Translations under genes and position numbers: made by a program
Assembly (NCBI RefSeq): GCF_000143415.4
Contig: NW_003314267.1
Location: 3,161,407 to 3,225,406 of the forward strand
Length of the DNA: 64,000 bases
DNA from: Selaginella moellendorffii
Taxonomy: Eukaryota > Plantae > Lycopodiophyta
Direction of reading: 5' to 3'
Shown: piece after piece, positions 54,195-64,000 of the stretch
Position numbering within the stretch: the stretch's first letter is position 1
Layout: each line of letters starts with the position of its first letter
Notes under the pieces: model-generated
Seen by the model: the letters and a program-made list of their open reading frames with translations, nothing else
The model's database searches: none
What the model was told of the DNA's origin: nothing

Positions 54195-55898
54195 TTAGCT
54201 CTTTGGAATTAGGCCGCGGTTCCTGACATCTTTTCCTTCCCTGGAGAACTTCAAGTGAGCCATTTGCTGGTCCCGAGGTATCCTCCGCCCATTCACGACT
54301 CTCCAGACAGTACTGCGTCCTGGCTTGTGATCCCAGAACGATTCCAGTGTGTCCATGAGTCTCCATGTCTCTTCATTCGGTTCAATGTTATGGTTCTTCA
54401 TCCTGTGAAGGACGTTGGTTGGCATCCTCTTTGTAGAAACGTAGACGTTGAGCAGTGCGTTGTAGACTTTCACGTCACCGCAGGAGCCGTAGTTGGAAAT
54501 GAGCTTCTCGGCCGAGTGTATGTCTCCCCTCTTGGCGAACACCGGGAGCAAAGCCATCACTGTCTTGTAGAATAGCTTCCGGTCCTTGAAAGGAATCTCG
54601 AAAGCTTCGTCCAGCTTCTTGAGCGCGCTTGAGATCTGGCAAGTTTCAACGTAGCCAGTGACCAGAAAGTTGTAGGGAAGAAAGCAGCTCTTGCCGATGT
54701 GCTTCTCCATGAGCTTCTCCGCCTGGTCCATCATCTTGAGCCTCACGCAGATTTCCACGATCCAGATGTATGGATTTTGAGGAATCCGTTCGAACTTTTG
54801 CAGCACTTCCTCCAGCACCTCATATGCCTTTTCCAAGTCCCCGAACAAACCAAACGACTTGATTGCGGAGACGTAGCTGTTTAAGTCGGGAGCAGCAACT
54901 TGTTCGCTCTTGAGCAGCGTCCACATCCTGTCCACCATCTTCCGCTTTCCCAAGAGTGCATAGGAACGCATTATCAGATTGAGTAGCCGTGTGTCTGCCT
55001 CTTCGAAGTTAGTTCTTTTCAGCTCCGCGTCGAACTCCATCTCAATCTCCTCAAAACCGCCGACTCTTTCTCGGCACTGGAGAACCAGCCAGTACGTAAA
55101 AAGGACCGGCTTCAACCCTTTCTGCTTGAACCTGTAGTAAGTGTCCCGCAGCTTGTCGTGCCTGTCCCTTCTGAGATACATGTGTAGAACCGCGCTCCAG
55201 GCGTCGACGGACAACGTGCTGTTCAGCTCGTCCATCAATCTCTCCGCTCTGGCCGAGTCGTCCTCTTTCGCAACAGCAGTAAGAAAAGCCGTGGTTACCT
55301 CCTCCGTCCTCAAACTCTCTGGCATGCTTCTGAACAACGCCTCGCCTTTTGATGGCCCCAGCTGAAGACATAGCTGTGAGATCTCTTGCATGTATAGCTT
55401 CGAGGTCATTTCTACCAGGCGTTCTTCTCTCACGACGTTCATGAGCTACCAAAGAACATCAAATACAGCAGTTAGTTCAAACATTCCAAGGAAAAACATT
55501 TTAGAAAAATCAATGCTTACTTTTAGAGCTTGGACGTTGTGCCTGCAGTGAAGAAACCAACCAGAGACTTTAGCAGCAACGTCCCGTGACATCACATTTC
55601 CATCGGCTATCCAATTCTTGACTACCTCCGAAGTGTCGGCCTTAGCGTTGAGAGTCCGGCATAGGCTCACAACCTTCTCCTGCTCCGCATTCTCATTGGG
55701 TTCCTCTCCCTTGAATTCCCGGACAAACTTTCTCAGCTCTTTCATCTTGGACTGTTCCGAAACTGGTGCTTTGGCCTTCTCGCTAGTGTAGTACGGTGGA
55801 AGAGCGAAAGCTTCACGGCGATCCCACTTGGGCGAGAGACCAACCTTGCAAAAAGCTGCTGCTGGCCTCTTCCATATCCACCAGGCAGCAGTGCCCAT
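54195..55898 (-). CDS. P-class PPR protein, probably mitochondrial; 2 exons
   Basis: Exon 1 ends VQALK|gtaag (about 55521); exon 2 starts about 55447. 35-aa PPR-like helical pairs and a basic N-terminal presequence-like segment. Confidence 0.82.
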
Positions 55899-55918
55899 CT
55901 CGAATCCTAAAACCCTAC

Positions 55919-57509
55919 TTAAACCTCTGCTACCACGTTCTGTAACAGCTTCTCAGTCTCCTCGTCGGGCTCCACGAACCTCTCTAGCATTCTCTCCTTG
56001 AATTCTTTCGGAGTTTTGCCGGCAGCAATGTAGACTTTGAGCAGCTGGTTGTAGACAGGGGCCTCTCCAAACAGGGAGCTGTAGTGACCCATCACCTTCT
56101 CGGCTTCATCCACGTCTCTCCTCAAGGCCAGAGCCGCTAGCAAACCCATCACGGACTTGTACTCCAGCCTTGTTGGTCCCTTCTTCACCGCAGCTAGACC
56201 ACCCTTGAACTTCCCCAGTGCGTTCTTTGCGTCGCCTTTCAAAAGGTAGCCCGCAACGAGAGACTCATAACACCAAAAACTGTCTTTGAGTTCCTCGTCG
56301 GCCTTGTCTTTGAGGAGTTTCTCCGCCTCGTGCATCAACCCGGCCCTCGCATAAACATCGACCATAGCAGCGTATGGATTGTGCTTGCGATTCGGGAAGC
56401 TCGTCGTGATAGCCAGCAGCTCCTGCAAGACCTTCTCCGCAAGGGAAACATCACCAGCCATTCCGAATGCTTTCATGGCCGTCACGTAGCAGGCCTTGGC
56501 AACCTGGTGGCTTTCCTTTAGAGCGCTCCATATCCTGTCCACAGCCTCCATCTCTCGGAGATGACCATAAACTTCGAGCATCTCCTCGAGAACTCCTGCT
56601 TGAGCACTACCAATGTCAATCTCCTCCAGACGTTTTCGAGCGTCTGCCTCGATTCCCTCAAAGCCACCGGCGGCGTCCTTGCAAACCAAAAGTATCCTGT
56701 ACGTTTTAGCGTCTGGCTCGACCCCAGACTCCTTCATCCTCGTCAAAGTTTTGAAGAGCTTCCTGTGTTTGTCCCGTGCCAAGTACATGTCTAGCACGAC
56801 GTTCCATCCCTCGGTGTCCAAAACTTTGCCTTTCTCCAAGAATTTTTCTGCCTTCTCCACCCGGTTGTCCCTTATAAAGCTCGAAAGCAGCGCTCTGTTC
56901 ACGTCAGCCGTCCTCAGCTCCTCAGGGAAAGCGTCGTAAATAGCCTCCACACGACTGCATTTGTACTGACGGCTTAGCAAATCCAACTCCAGTGCAAGGA
57001 GTTGGCCTGACACCTCTGCTAGTTTGCTTTCTCTAGCGCCTGTCAAGAGCTACAAAGGAAAATCAAAACTCAAGACCATGAAGACTTCCACACAAAGAAC
57101 ATACCTTGAGAGCCTGGACAAACCTTCTCTTCTCGACCATCCAAGTAGCGAGCCTGGCCAAAGTCTCGCTGGACAAAACGTGCCCCTTCTCAGTCCACTT
57201 CACGACCGCTTGTAACACATCGAACTCCGGCTCAACCATTTTGGCAAGAACGGAGAAATCGTCAATTTCTTCATTCTCGACCCGGGCCTGGACGGAGAAA
57301 TTCCTGGCAGCAGCGACGTATTCCTGGCTCGTCGCCCCGCCCGGAAGAACAGGCAATGCAGGAATCCAAGCGCGAGACACGATCGTGGAACTAGAAATCC
57401 GACAGACCTGCGAGCTGTGACAGCGCAACAGCGATGTGAGAATGTTGGCGGAGATCGCTCGATTTAACCTCCCAGCCGCCGCCCCAGCGCCCCGGCGCAG
57501 CCCCGACAT
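55919..57509 (-). CDS. P-class PPR protein, probably mitochondrial; 2 exons; tandem paralog
   Basis: Arg/Ala/Ser-rich presequence. Exon 1 ends VQALK|gtatg, the same intron position as its neighbour. PPR-like repeats and a C-terminal YNQLLKVY..RM....EPDEET shared with the neighbour. Confidence 0.82.
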
Positions 57510-59796
57510 TCCTAAAACCCTAGAAAGAGAGTGGAGGGGTTTAGGGCTTATATGAATATCGAATTTAGTAGGGATCCTCAGAAGTAGAAACTGTTTTTAA
57601 TCTGAAAAGATATAGTTTTGGAGTAAAACAATATATTTTTAAAAAATAAAATACTAGAACAATGATTTGTAGTGCTTTTCCTGGTGATGAGATTTTGTGG
57701 CCTCTTACATAACTTTATCTTTGGTCTGAAAAAGACAAAAAGGAGAGCCATGTCTAAAGGAGTGTAACTCAATAGTCATTTATAATTTTTGTAAGTTGGT
57801 CACAATAATTTTGCAAGTGTAAGAGTTGATTAAGCATACTTTCAAAAAAAGAGTATAAGTGCATCATAGTAATAGAAGTTCAATTGCCAAATTCTAGCAA
57901 CTAGCTCTTTAAAACTTCAAGAATTCACCTTAAGCTCTTAAAGTCATAAATTTTGACTATGAGAAATTGTGGATATGAACTCTCAAGAATCTAGAAAAAA
58001 ATCTTCACTTCTATTGCCACTACTCCTATAAAGGGTTATTGTTTAAAACTCCAATCATGAATCCAAACTCAAAAGATTAAGAAAGATAAAATCATAGTTA
58101 TATTCAAGCTCTTTCTTACTGCCATGTGGTGTTTGAGGTAGTCAATACTACTTAACCACACCACATCAAGTTCTGGTGAAAGTGCAAGTTCTTCTCTTGC
58201 CATTTATGAGGCAGACATACAAGCAGGTAGTATGCTTTTTGTTTCTTTCTTTTTTGTGGGCAGTTTCGGTTTTGGGCTTTATAATCACATGCAATTACAA
58301 GCCATGAATCTTGAAGATAGCTTACAAGTGCATTCTTGTAGTGATTTTTTTGCTTACAATGATATGGAAAGAATAAAACTTACCACACCGAGTGACTCAT
58401 ATACTTTGTCCTTTCTCAATTCAAAGTGTTTGTGTTCTAGTCACCTAATACAACATCCAAGATCACAACTTTGAATGAATCATTATTCTACCTTCTCATG
58501 GTTTTCAACAAAGCCATTGTGACAACTCGATACTTGCTTGAGATCCTTTACAAAAGTGCCATTACTTATTACTTAGGATCTAGAGCAATATTTAGAGTGA
58601 CAAAAGTTGACATGGTTTTTCCCATTTTATTTTAACATTTTAGTGATGGCCAGGGAGTTCATGTTGCTAAGTTCACTTGTTGAATTGTATAAGAATCCAA
58701 TGAAAAGAAAAAAAGTAGTTCAAACACTCCATTTGGCTGAAGGATCGTTATGGTGGGGGACCTAGAAGTTGCACCAACTATACATACAATAAAACTCAGA
58801 CCCCCTATAGAGAGTATGTAATCACCAAAGTGAAGAAGCTGCAATTGCATGCCATTTTGATCACGGTGGAAATTTTAACCCAATCATTCCATGAGAGAAG
58901 CATAGTTCCAAAACACTTCCTCTTCATCTCACATTACAAAAAGAATTGGTGATAGTAGATCACTCATTCCCTATAAGAATATAGTGGTTTTTAATAGATT
59001 GTGCTACATACTTGTCTATCTGACAGTAGCCCAGATTGAAGTTGTAAAAAGAATAGGTGTTAGAAACATGTCACAAATAAAACCTTTGCCACCATCAGTA
59101 GCTGGGAATGCACACAGGTGGAAAAACACCATCTTTTAAACTCAAGTAAAATCATGGCTCAACCACAGGTGAATGTTTACCACAAGCTTATGTAGCATAT
59201 TTTGGTGACCCAGTTGTGCAAGATGCTTGAAAGCACTTGCTGATTCTGGAATAGGCAAGGAACTGGTTCTTCATTTCTCTAAAGAATATTCAACCAATGC
59301 TAATTGTTTTTACTCTCGTAATAACATTGTGGCTCTTTTATCATATCCCATATCCTATGCTTTGATGAAAGTGGCATTTGTTAAATCTGTTTGCTTGTCT
59401 GGCACGCTTTGATATGTATCTAGCAGCTGTGATGCATTTAACAAATGAGAACTTCAAAGGACATCTGATCCAAGAACATCTAATTACTTTAACAAATGAG
59501 AATGTAAAACCCTAGAGTCACACAATTTTCAAAATAGCTTACAGTCTTATGCCAGCTTCTTTCATGAAAGTGTACCTTATGTTGTCTAGAGCTGCTGTTG
59601 GTACCAGTCCAAAACTTGTAATGTAGACCTCTTTGCCATGAACAGCTTCTCTACATCTTGGATCAAAATGCTCTAGAATCAATAATGATCCAGAATCGCT
59701 TGAGACAATACTTTGCCACTTCTCAAGCATTGTCTGTTGCCATAATCTTATTGTTCATTGTCCCCATTCCCAGTTGTCAAGGACACACAAAATAAA

Positions 59797-59896
59797 NNNN
59801 NNNNNNNNNNNNNNNNNNNNNNNNNNNNNNNNNNNNNNNNNNNNNNNNNNNNNNNNNNNNNNNNNNNNNNNNNNNNNNNNNNNNNNNNNNNNNNNN
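59797..59896. other. Assembly gap (100 N)
   Basis: Run of N. Confidence 1.
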
Positions 59897-59929
59897 ATCC
59901 AGCATTTTTCTTGCGTGGATGAACAAACT

Positions 59930-60260
59930 CCAAAGGCATCATTCTGCCAGATCTCAAGAATTGCACCAAACTAACAGTTAAACATTTGAGTTACAACAAT
60001 TTGCATGGAATTATACCTTTGGACATCTCTCACCTACAAAACCTGTGGTGGCATTTGAACTCTTCAAACAGCCTGACTAAGAAATCTTGCCATCCTTGGG
60101 ACTGCTACCAAACAACATAGATCACCAGCTTGGAAACAACTCACTAGAAGGTGGTGTACCTCTGAAATCAAAGTCCAATTGGTCATGTTGGACCTAAGTG
60201 CGAACCAGCTCATCAATTTTTATATTAGTCACAATTACATTGAAGAAATTATTCTTGGAT
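59930..60260 (+). pseudogene. Degenerate plant LRR (receptor-like kinase/protein) fragment
   Basis: GIILPDLKNCTKLTVKHLSYNNLHGIIPLDISHLQNL, NNSLEGGVP and MLDLSANQL, broken by frameshifts and stops. Confidence 0.7.
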
Positions 60261-61142
60261 TGGCTCTTTGGAGAATTGTATAATCCTTAGAGTCCACTTC
60301 TCCAAGTGCCGAGGAAGGAGGTTGTTAACACTCTAGGGACTTTGCCTAGAAGATTTAGAGTAGTGTATAAATGAGTTGGCAACCAAGTGCCATTTGTTGA
60401 TACAATATCTGCTACTGTTCAAGATGGAATTAACTGGTCTTATCATCTTGCCTTTTATACAACAATATCACTCATAAGCACTTTTTTAGGAGTTTCACTC
60501 TTGCTCTTGTTTTTAAGTTAGAATTTTTAGTCCAAATGTGTTATACTCCTAAGACTTTTGCTTTGGCTATTGCCACATAACACACTTTTGACTCCATTTT
60601 AGGGCTTAAAGATTTGTGTTTTACACTTCAACTATATGCTTAACTAATTGCATGGAGCCTTACTTCAACACCACTTATTATTTGCTGTCATCTAGCCAAA
60701 CCAAATAACAGCCTCTATAGAAGAGGAAGTCCATATATATGTGGATAAGCTCCATCTCCTATATCTCTCATGAATCAGATTGTATTACAAGCTGAGTGGG
60801 AAGGCTTTAGCTTTGGCACACCAACTCTTGCTTTGAAGGTGAAATTACTTGGAGGAGCATTTGTATGATTGCTATGAGATCACCAAAATCCTAGTGCTCA
60901 TGGTTTTCTTCTTTTACCCTATGGTACTTTACCATAAAATAACTATGGAATGAAATCTAAACCCCTGAACACATGGCCAAAGATAGTAGAGTAAAACTCA
61001 AGTTTCAAGGCTTTGGGCCATGAAACAAAAGGACAGAGCTAAACTTTTGAACATATAGCTAAAGAGTCATTGTAAACAACTAAAAAGAACAACTTAAAAG
61101 ACAATATATAAGGTTCAATATAAAGGGAAAGGGCCCATGAAC

Positions 61143-64000
61143 AAGAGTGCACCCCTTTTTTCAATCGGTTAAGGGGTTTGGGATACTTAAGGTTAAGCTG
61201 TAAGCGACTAATTTTTCCATTCTACTTTAGTCACTTAACCACACCTCCGACAACTTGGAGGAGTCTCATTCACAACCTCCATAAGTCCCATTCAGGACTT
61301 GGGGCTTGCTAGCCCCGAGAATGGCATCCATGCCACTCAACCTTTGCACTTGGTCCAAGTGCTCCACATGTCCGATCCCATGACCGACACCCAAAGGTAC
61401 CATTGACATCTCGGCCCGTTACGCTATGGCCATGCCCATTCACCTTTGCTGCGCAAATGGTCCAATACCACTTGAATCACCATCCCGTCTCTCCAAGACT
61501 GGGCCATCTGTCTACGAGGGGTCATCCTAGATCCACTCCTTAGCATCCTTAGGATGCCCACAGACCTGGGGAATTGCCTTCCCCAAAGTCCCTTTGTCAG
61601 TTCCTACCAAGTCCCTTTCTGCCCCTGGCCGTGTTTGCCAACACTGCCACTGGATCGAGGCCCACAGGCCCGACCACTAAGTCCCACGGTCCTCTGGGAC
61701 TTCCTCACCACACGACTGTGTCCTTGGTCACTACCCCAGAGGACTGCTCCTCTTCCTTTCCACAGTCTGGGCCTTTGGGACGACATTTCGGAACACCGTG
61801 GCCTTACGCGAGCCACCTGGGTACTCTCCCCACCTATCGCCTTTAGGTGCTCTAGCCATGGGCTTAGAGCGAGGTTCCGTTGAGCCACGCCTGGTATCCA
61901 AGTAGGTAGTGCCACCCACACTTGGACTGGGAGCATCGGCCAGTCAATCTCCCGGGGGAACTAGAGCCGGCTCTTGAACACTTCACCAAGCTACCCCGCT
62001 TGTCGGTCCGTATTCACTCTAGTCTTGGACTTCCCAGTGGTCAGTTCATCACCCAACACTGGGTCTGGCCTTCCTGGGCCAAACTGGCCTTTCCTGGCCA
62101 AACTGGCTCCACTGCAGTCCTCCCCCTACTATACTTTTGGAGCTCACCAAACCCCCCAGAGTCTGGGAGACGAACGCTTTGGGCTTTCACCCTCTCAGGC
62201 TCCGGACTCGGACTCGGACTCGGACCCGGACTCGGACTCGAACTTGGACTCGGACTCGGATTCGGATTCGGACTCGGACTCGGGCTCGGGCTCGGGCTCG
62301 GTCTTGGCCTCGGCCTCGGTCTCGGTCTCGGTCTCGGTCCCGGTCTCGGTTCCGGTCTCGGTCTCGACTTCGGACTCCATCTCGGACTCCATCTCGGACT
62401 CCATCTCGGACTCCATCTCGGGTCCATCTTGGGTCCATCTCGGACTCCATCTCGGACTCCATCTCGGGTCCATCTCGGACTCCATTTCGGACTCCATCTC
62501 AGACTCCATCTCGGGTCCATCTCGGACTCCATCTCGGACTCCATCTCGAGTCCATCTCGGACACTCCCACGTGTCATGTGTTGGTCCTTTTGGGTCTCTT
62601 TTTGGAGCCTTGCCTTTTGCTCGCTTCGTGCTCGTTCCTCGAGCACTTCGTTGGGAGTTCCACTCCCGCTCTTGACTTTTCAAGTTGGAGCTTTTGGTCC
62701 AAACGTGTTACGCTCGTTTGGCTCTCGCTTCGGCCACTACCATGTGGCGCCCTTCCGGCTCCAATTTGGGGCCTAGGGATTTTGTGTCTCACAACTCCAC
62801 CACCCATAGACGAAGTTCGATGTCCTCATCGAACGGTAAACCCTTTCATAAAGTAACACCCACATGTGTTACCATTTCCATCTTTGGCACCTAGCCAATC
62901 TTTGCCTATGGTTTGACATCAAAGGCTCACCATGCCTTTTGCATATCCTCTAAGGAGGGTAGTCTCTCCAACTTAGAGACTGATTGGACCACGTATAGTG
63001 GTTCTCTCCTTTTATTGGTTTCTTTTTCTTTTTTCCTAAACCTCTTAGAGACCCTTCTCTAAGTCAATCCCACTACTCCTTCTCAAGTAGTTTCAATTTT
63101 CATCGCTATAACCTTTGCACTTTGGAACTTTGAATTTTGACTTCTTGGAGTCGATTTCCTAGGTGTCTCCGACACCTTGCCTTGCACCTTTTGTGCAACT
63201 CCACTTCCCATCCTAGGAAGTTCTCTACTCGAGGGCACCATCATCCTCTCTTTTATTTCGTGCCAAAGTTCCAGTTATCATGCTTTGTGCTAGGGCTGTT
63301 CATGGCCCTATCATTTGGTTACCTTACCGCTCCCTCCCTTGGAGCTTCCACTTTTGCCAAATTGGAGCATTTCGGAATCCCTCCTTGGAAACACACTTCC
63401 TTTCCCACAACTCGTTAGCGTCCAACACATTAGTGTTCCTCGCCTAACTTTGTCACTTGGATTCCTTCCAATGGATTCCACGGCCCTATCTTGGCCACTC
63501 ATCTTTTGCTCCTATCCGTTGATTGTTGCACCAAGCAACATCGAATCTCTACCTCCCTCCTTGAGGTATTGTTTCTATTCCATAGCAAAGACTCTTCTTT
63601 GCCAAGTCCGGAAGATGTTCACCCCTAGTACGTCTCTTTAGCATCTTCTGCTATGGGCTCTATCCACGGCCCAACTTCGTGACCCTCCCATGGGTCTTTT
63701 ATAGAGACTACTTTCCTCGGACTCACTATGCCATCGCACGGACATAGTTTAATTCCCTTAGGTGCTCTTCCCACTTGGTTATCACGACCAAGCCACACCA
63801 CCTTAAACAGTTCAATTTCAACATTTTGAACCAGGAACTTCATTCCTTAGCCAACCAAGGACCATGTCCTTATCTGGCCATAAGATCACCTAGTGATCTC
63901 ACCTTGGCACCTTAACAGAGTTGCCAAGAGGTACTTGGTCTTCTAGACCTCCAAGTTGTTGACTATAACCCCGGGGGCATCCCCCACACTTGGCGGTGCA
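61143..64000 (-). mobile_element. Probable internal/3' region of a degenerate LTR retrotransposon
   Basis: Minus-strand purine tract GAAAAAAGGGG followed by TGTTCATGGG near 61143-61162, GC-richer stop-riddled sequence, and an internal tandem array. No pol motif recognised. Confidence 0.35.
62200..62565. repeat. Compound minisatellite: (TCGGAC/TCGGGC/TCGGTC)n grading into (TCCATCTCGGAC)n
   Basis: Read directly from the sequence. It explains the overlapping low-complexity ORFs on both strands. Confidence 0.9.

Noticed and set aside
57600-59796. Short ORFs before the gap (e.g. 59539-59730)
   Set aside because: AT-rich and fragmentary, with no identifiable domain, and truncated by the assembly gap.
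61922-62856. Bacterial SD-repeat adhesin-like or SR-like proteins
   Set aside because: All are translations of one tandem repeat, with no signal peptide, anchor or flanking domain.

Overview
Eukaryotic land-plant nuclear DNA. The very short introns (about 50-90 nt), tiny intergenic gaps, SS-motif-rich PLS PPR genes and flagellar and sperm genes point to a lycophyte such as Selaginella (inference). A gene-dense core (about 2-8.5 kb and 15-57.5 kb) is interrupted and flanked by AT-rich decayed LTR-retrotransposon DNA, with one 100-N assembly gap. Genes in order: two tandem G-type lectin S-domain receptor kinases, a carboxylesterase, a PCC13-62 desiccation-related protein, a secreted tandem-DUF3455 protein, PP1 inhibitor-2, two divergent PLS/E PPRs, a LAS-type GRAS factor, RUVBL1, HAP2/GCS1, SWEET, an ABCG half-transporter, a DC2/CCDC114-like coiled-coil protein, WAP, a membrane-anchored alpha-carbonic-anhydrase-like protein, an RSRC2/SMAP protein, two microbial-type Zn-dependent dehydrogenases inside a reciprocally decayed tandem duplication, and two P-class PPRs. 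The most notable signals are: a HAP2 with an acidic tail and a shortened fusion loop; an outer-dynein-arm docking subunit homolog in a lineage thought to lack outer arms; a possible male-gamete gene neighbourhood; a repeat-rich CA-like protein missing a zinc ligand; two horizontal-transfer candidates; and same-strand gene pairs only 20 and 42 bp apart. Exon structures were reconstructed by eye from GT-AG sites, and family assignments come from remembered motifs, not database searches.
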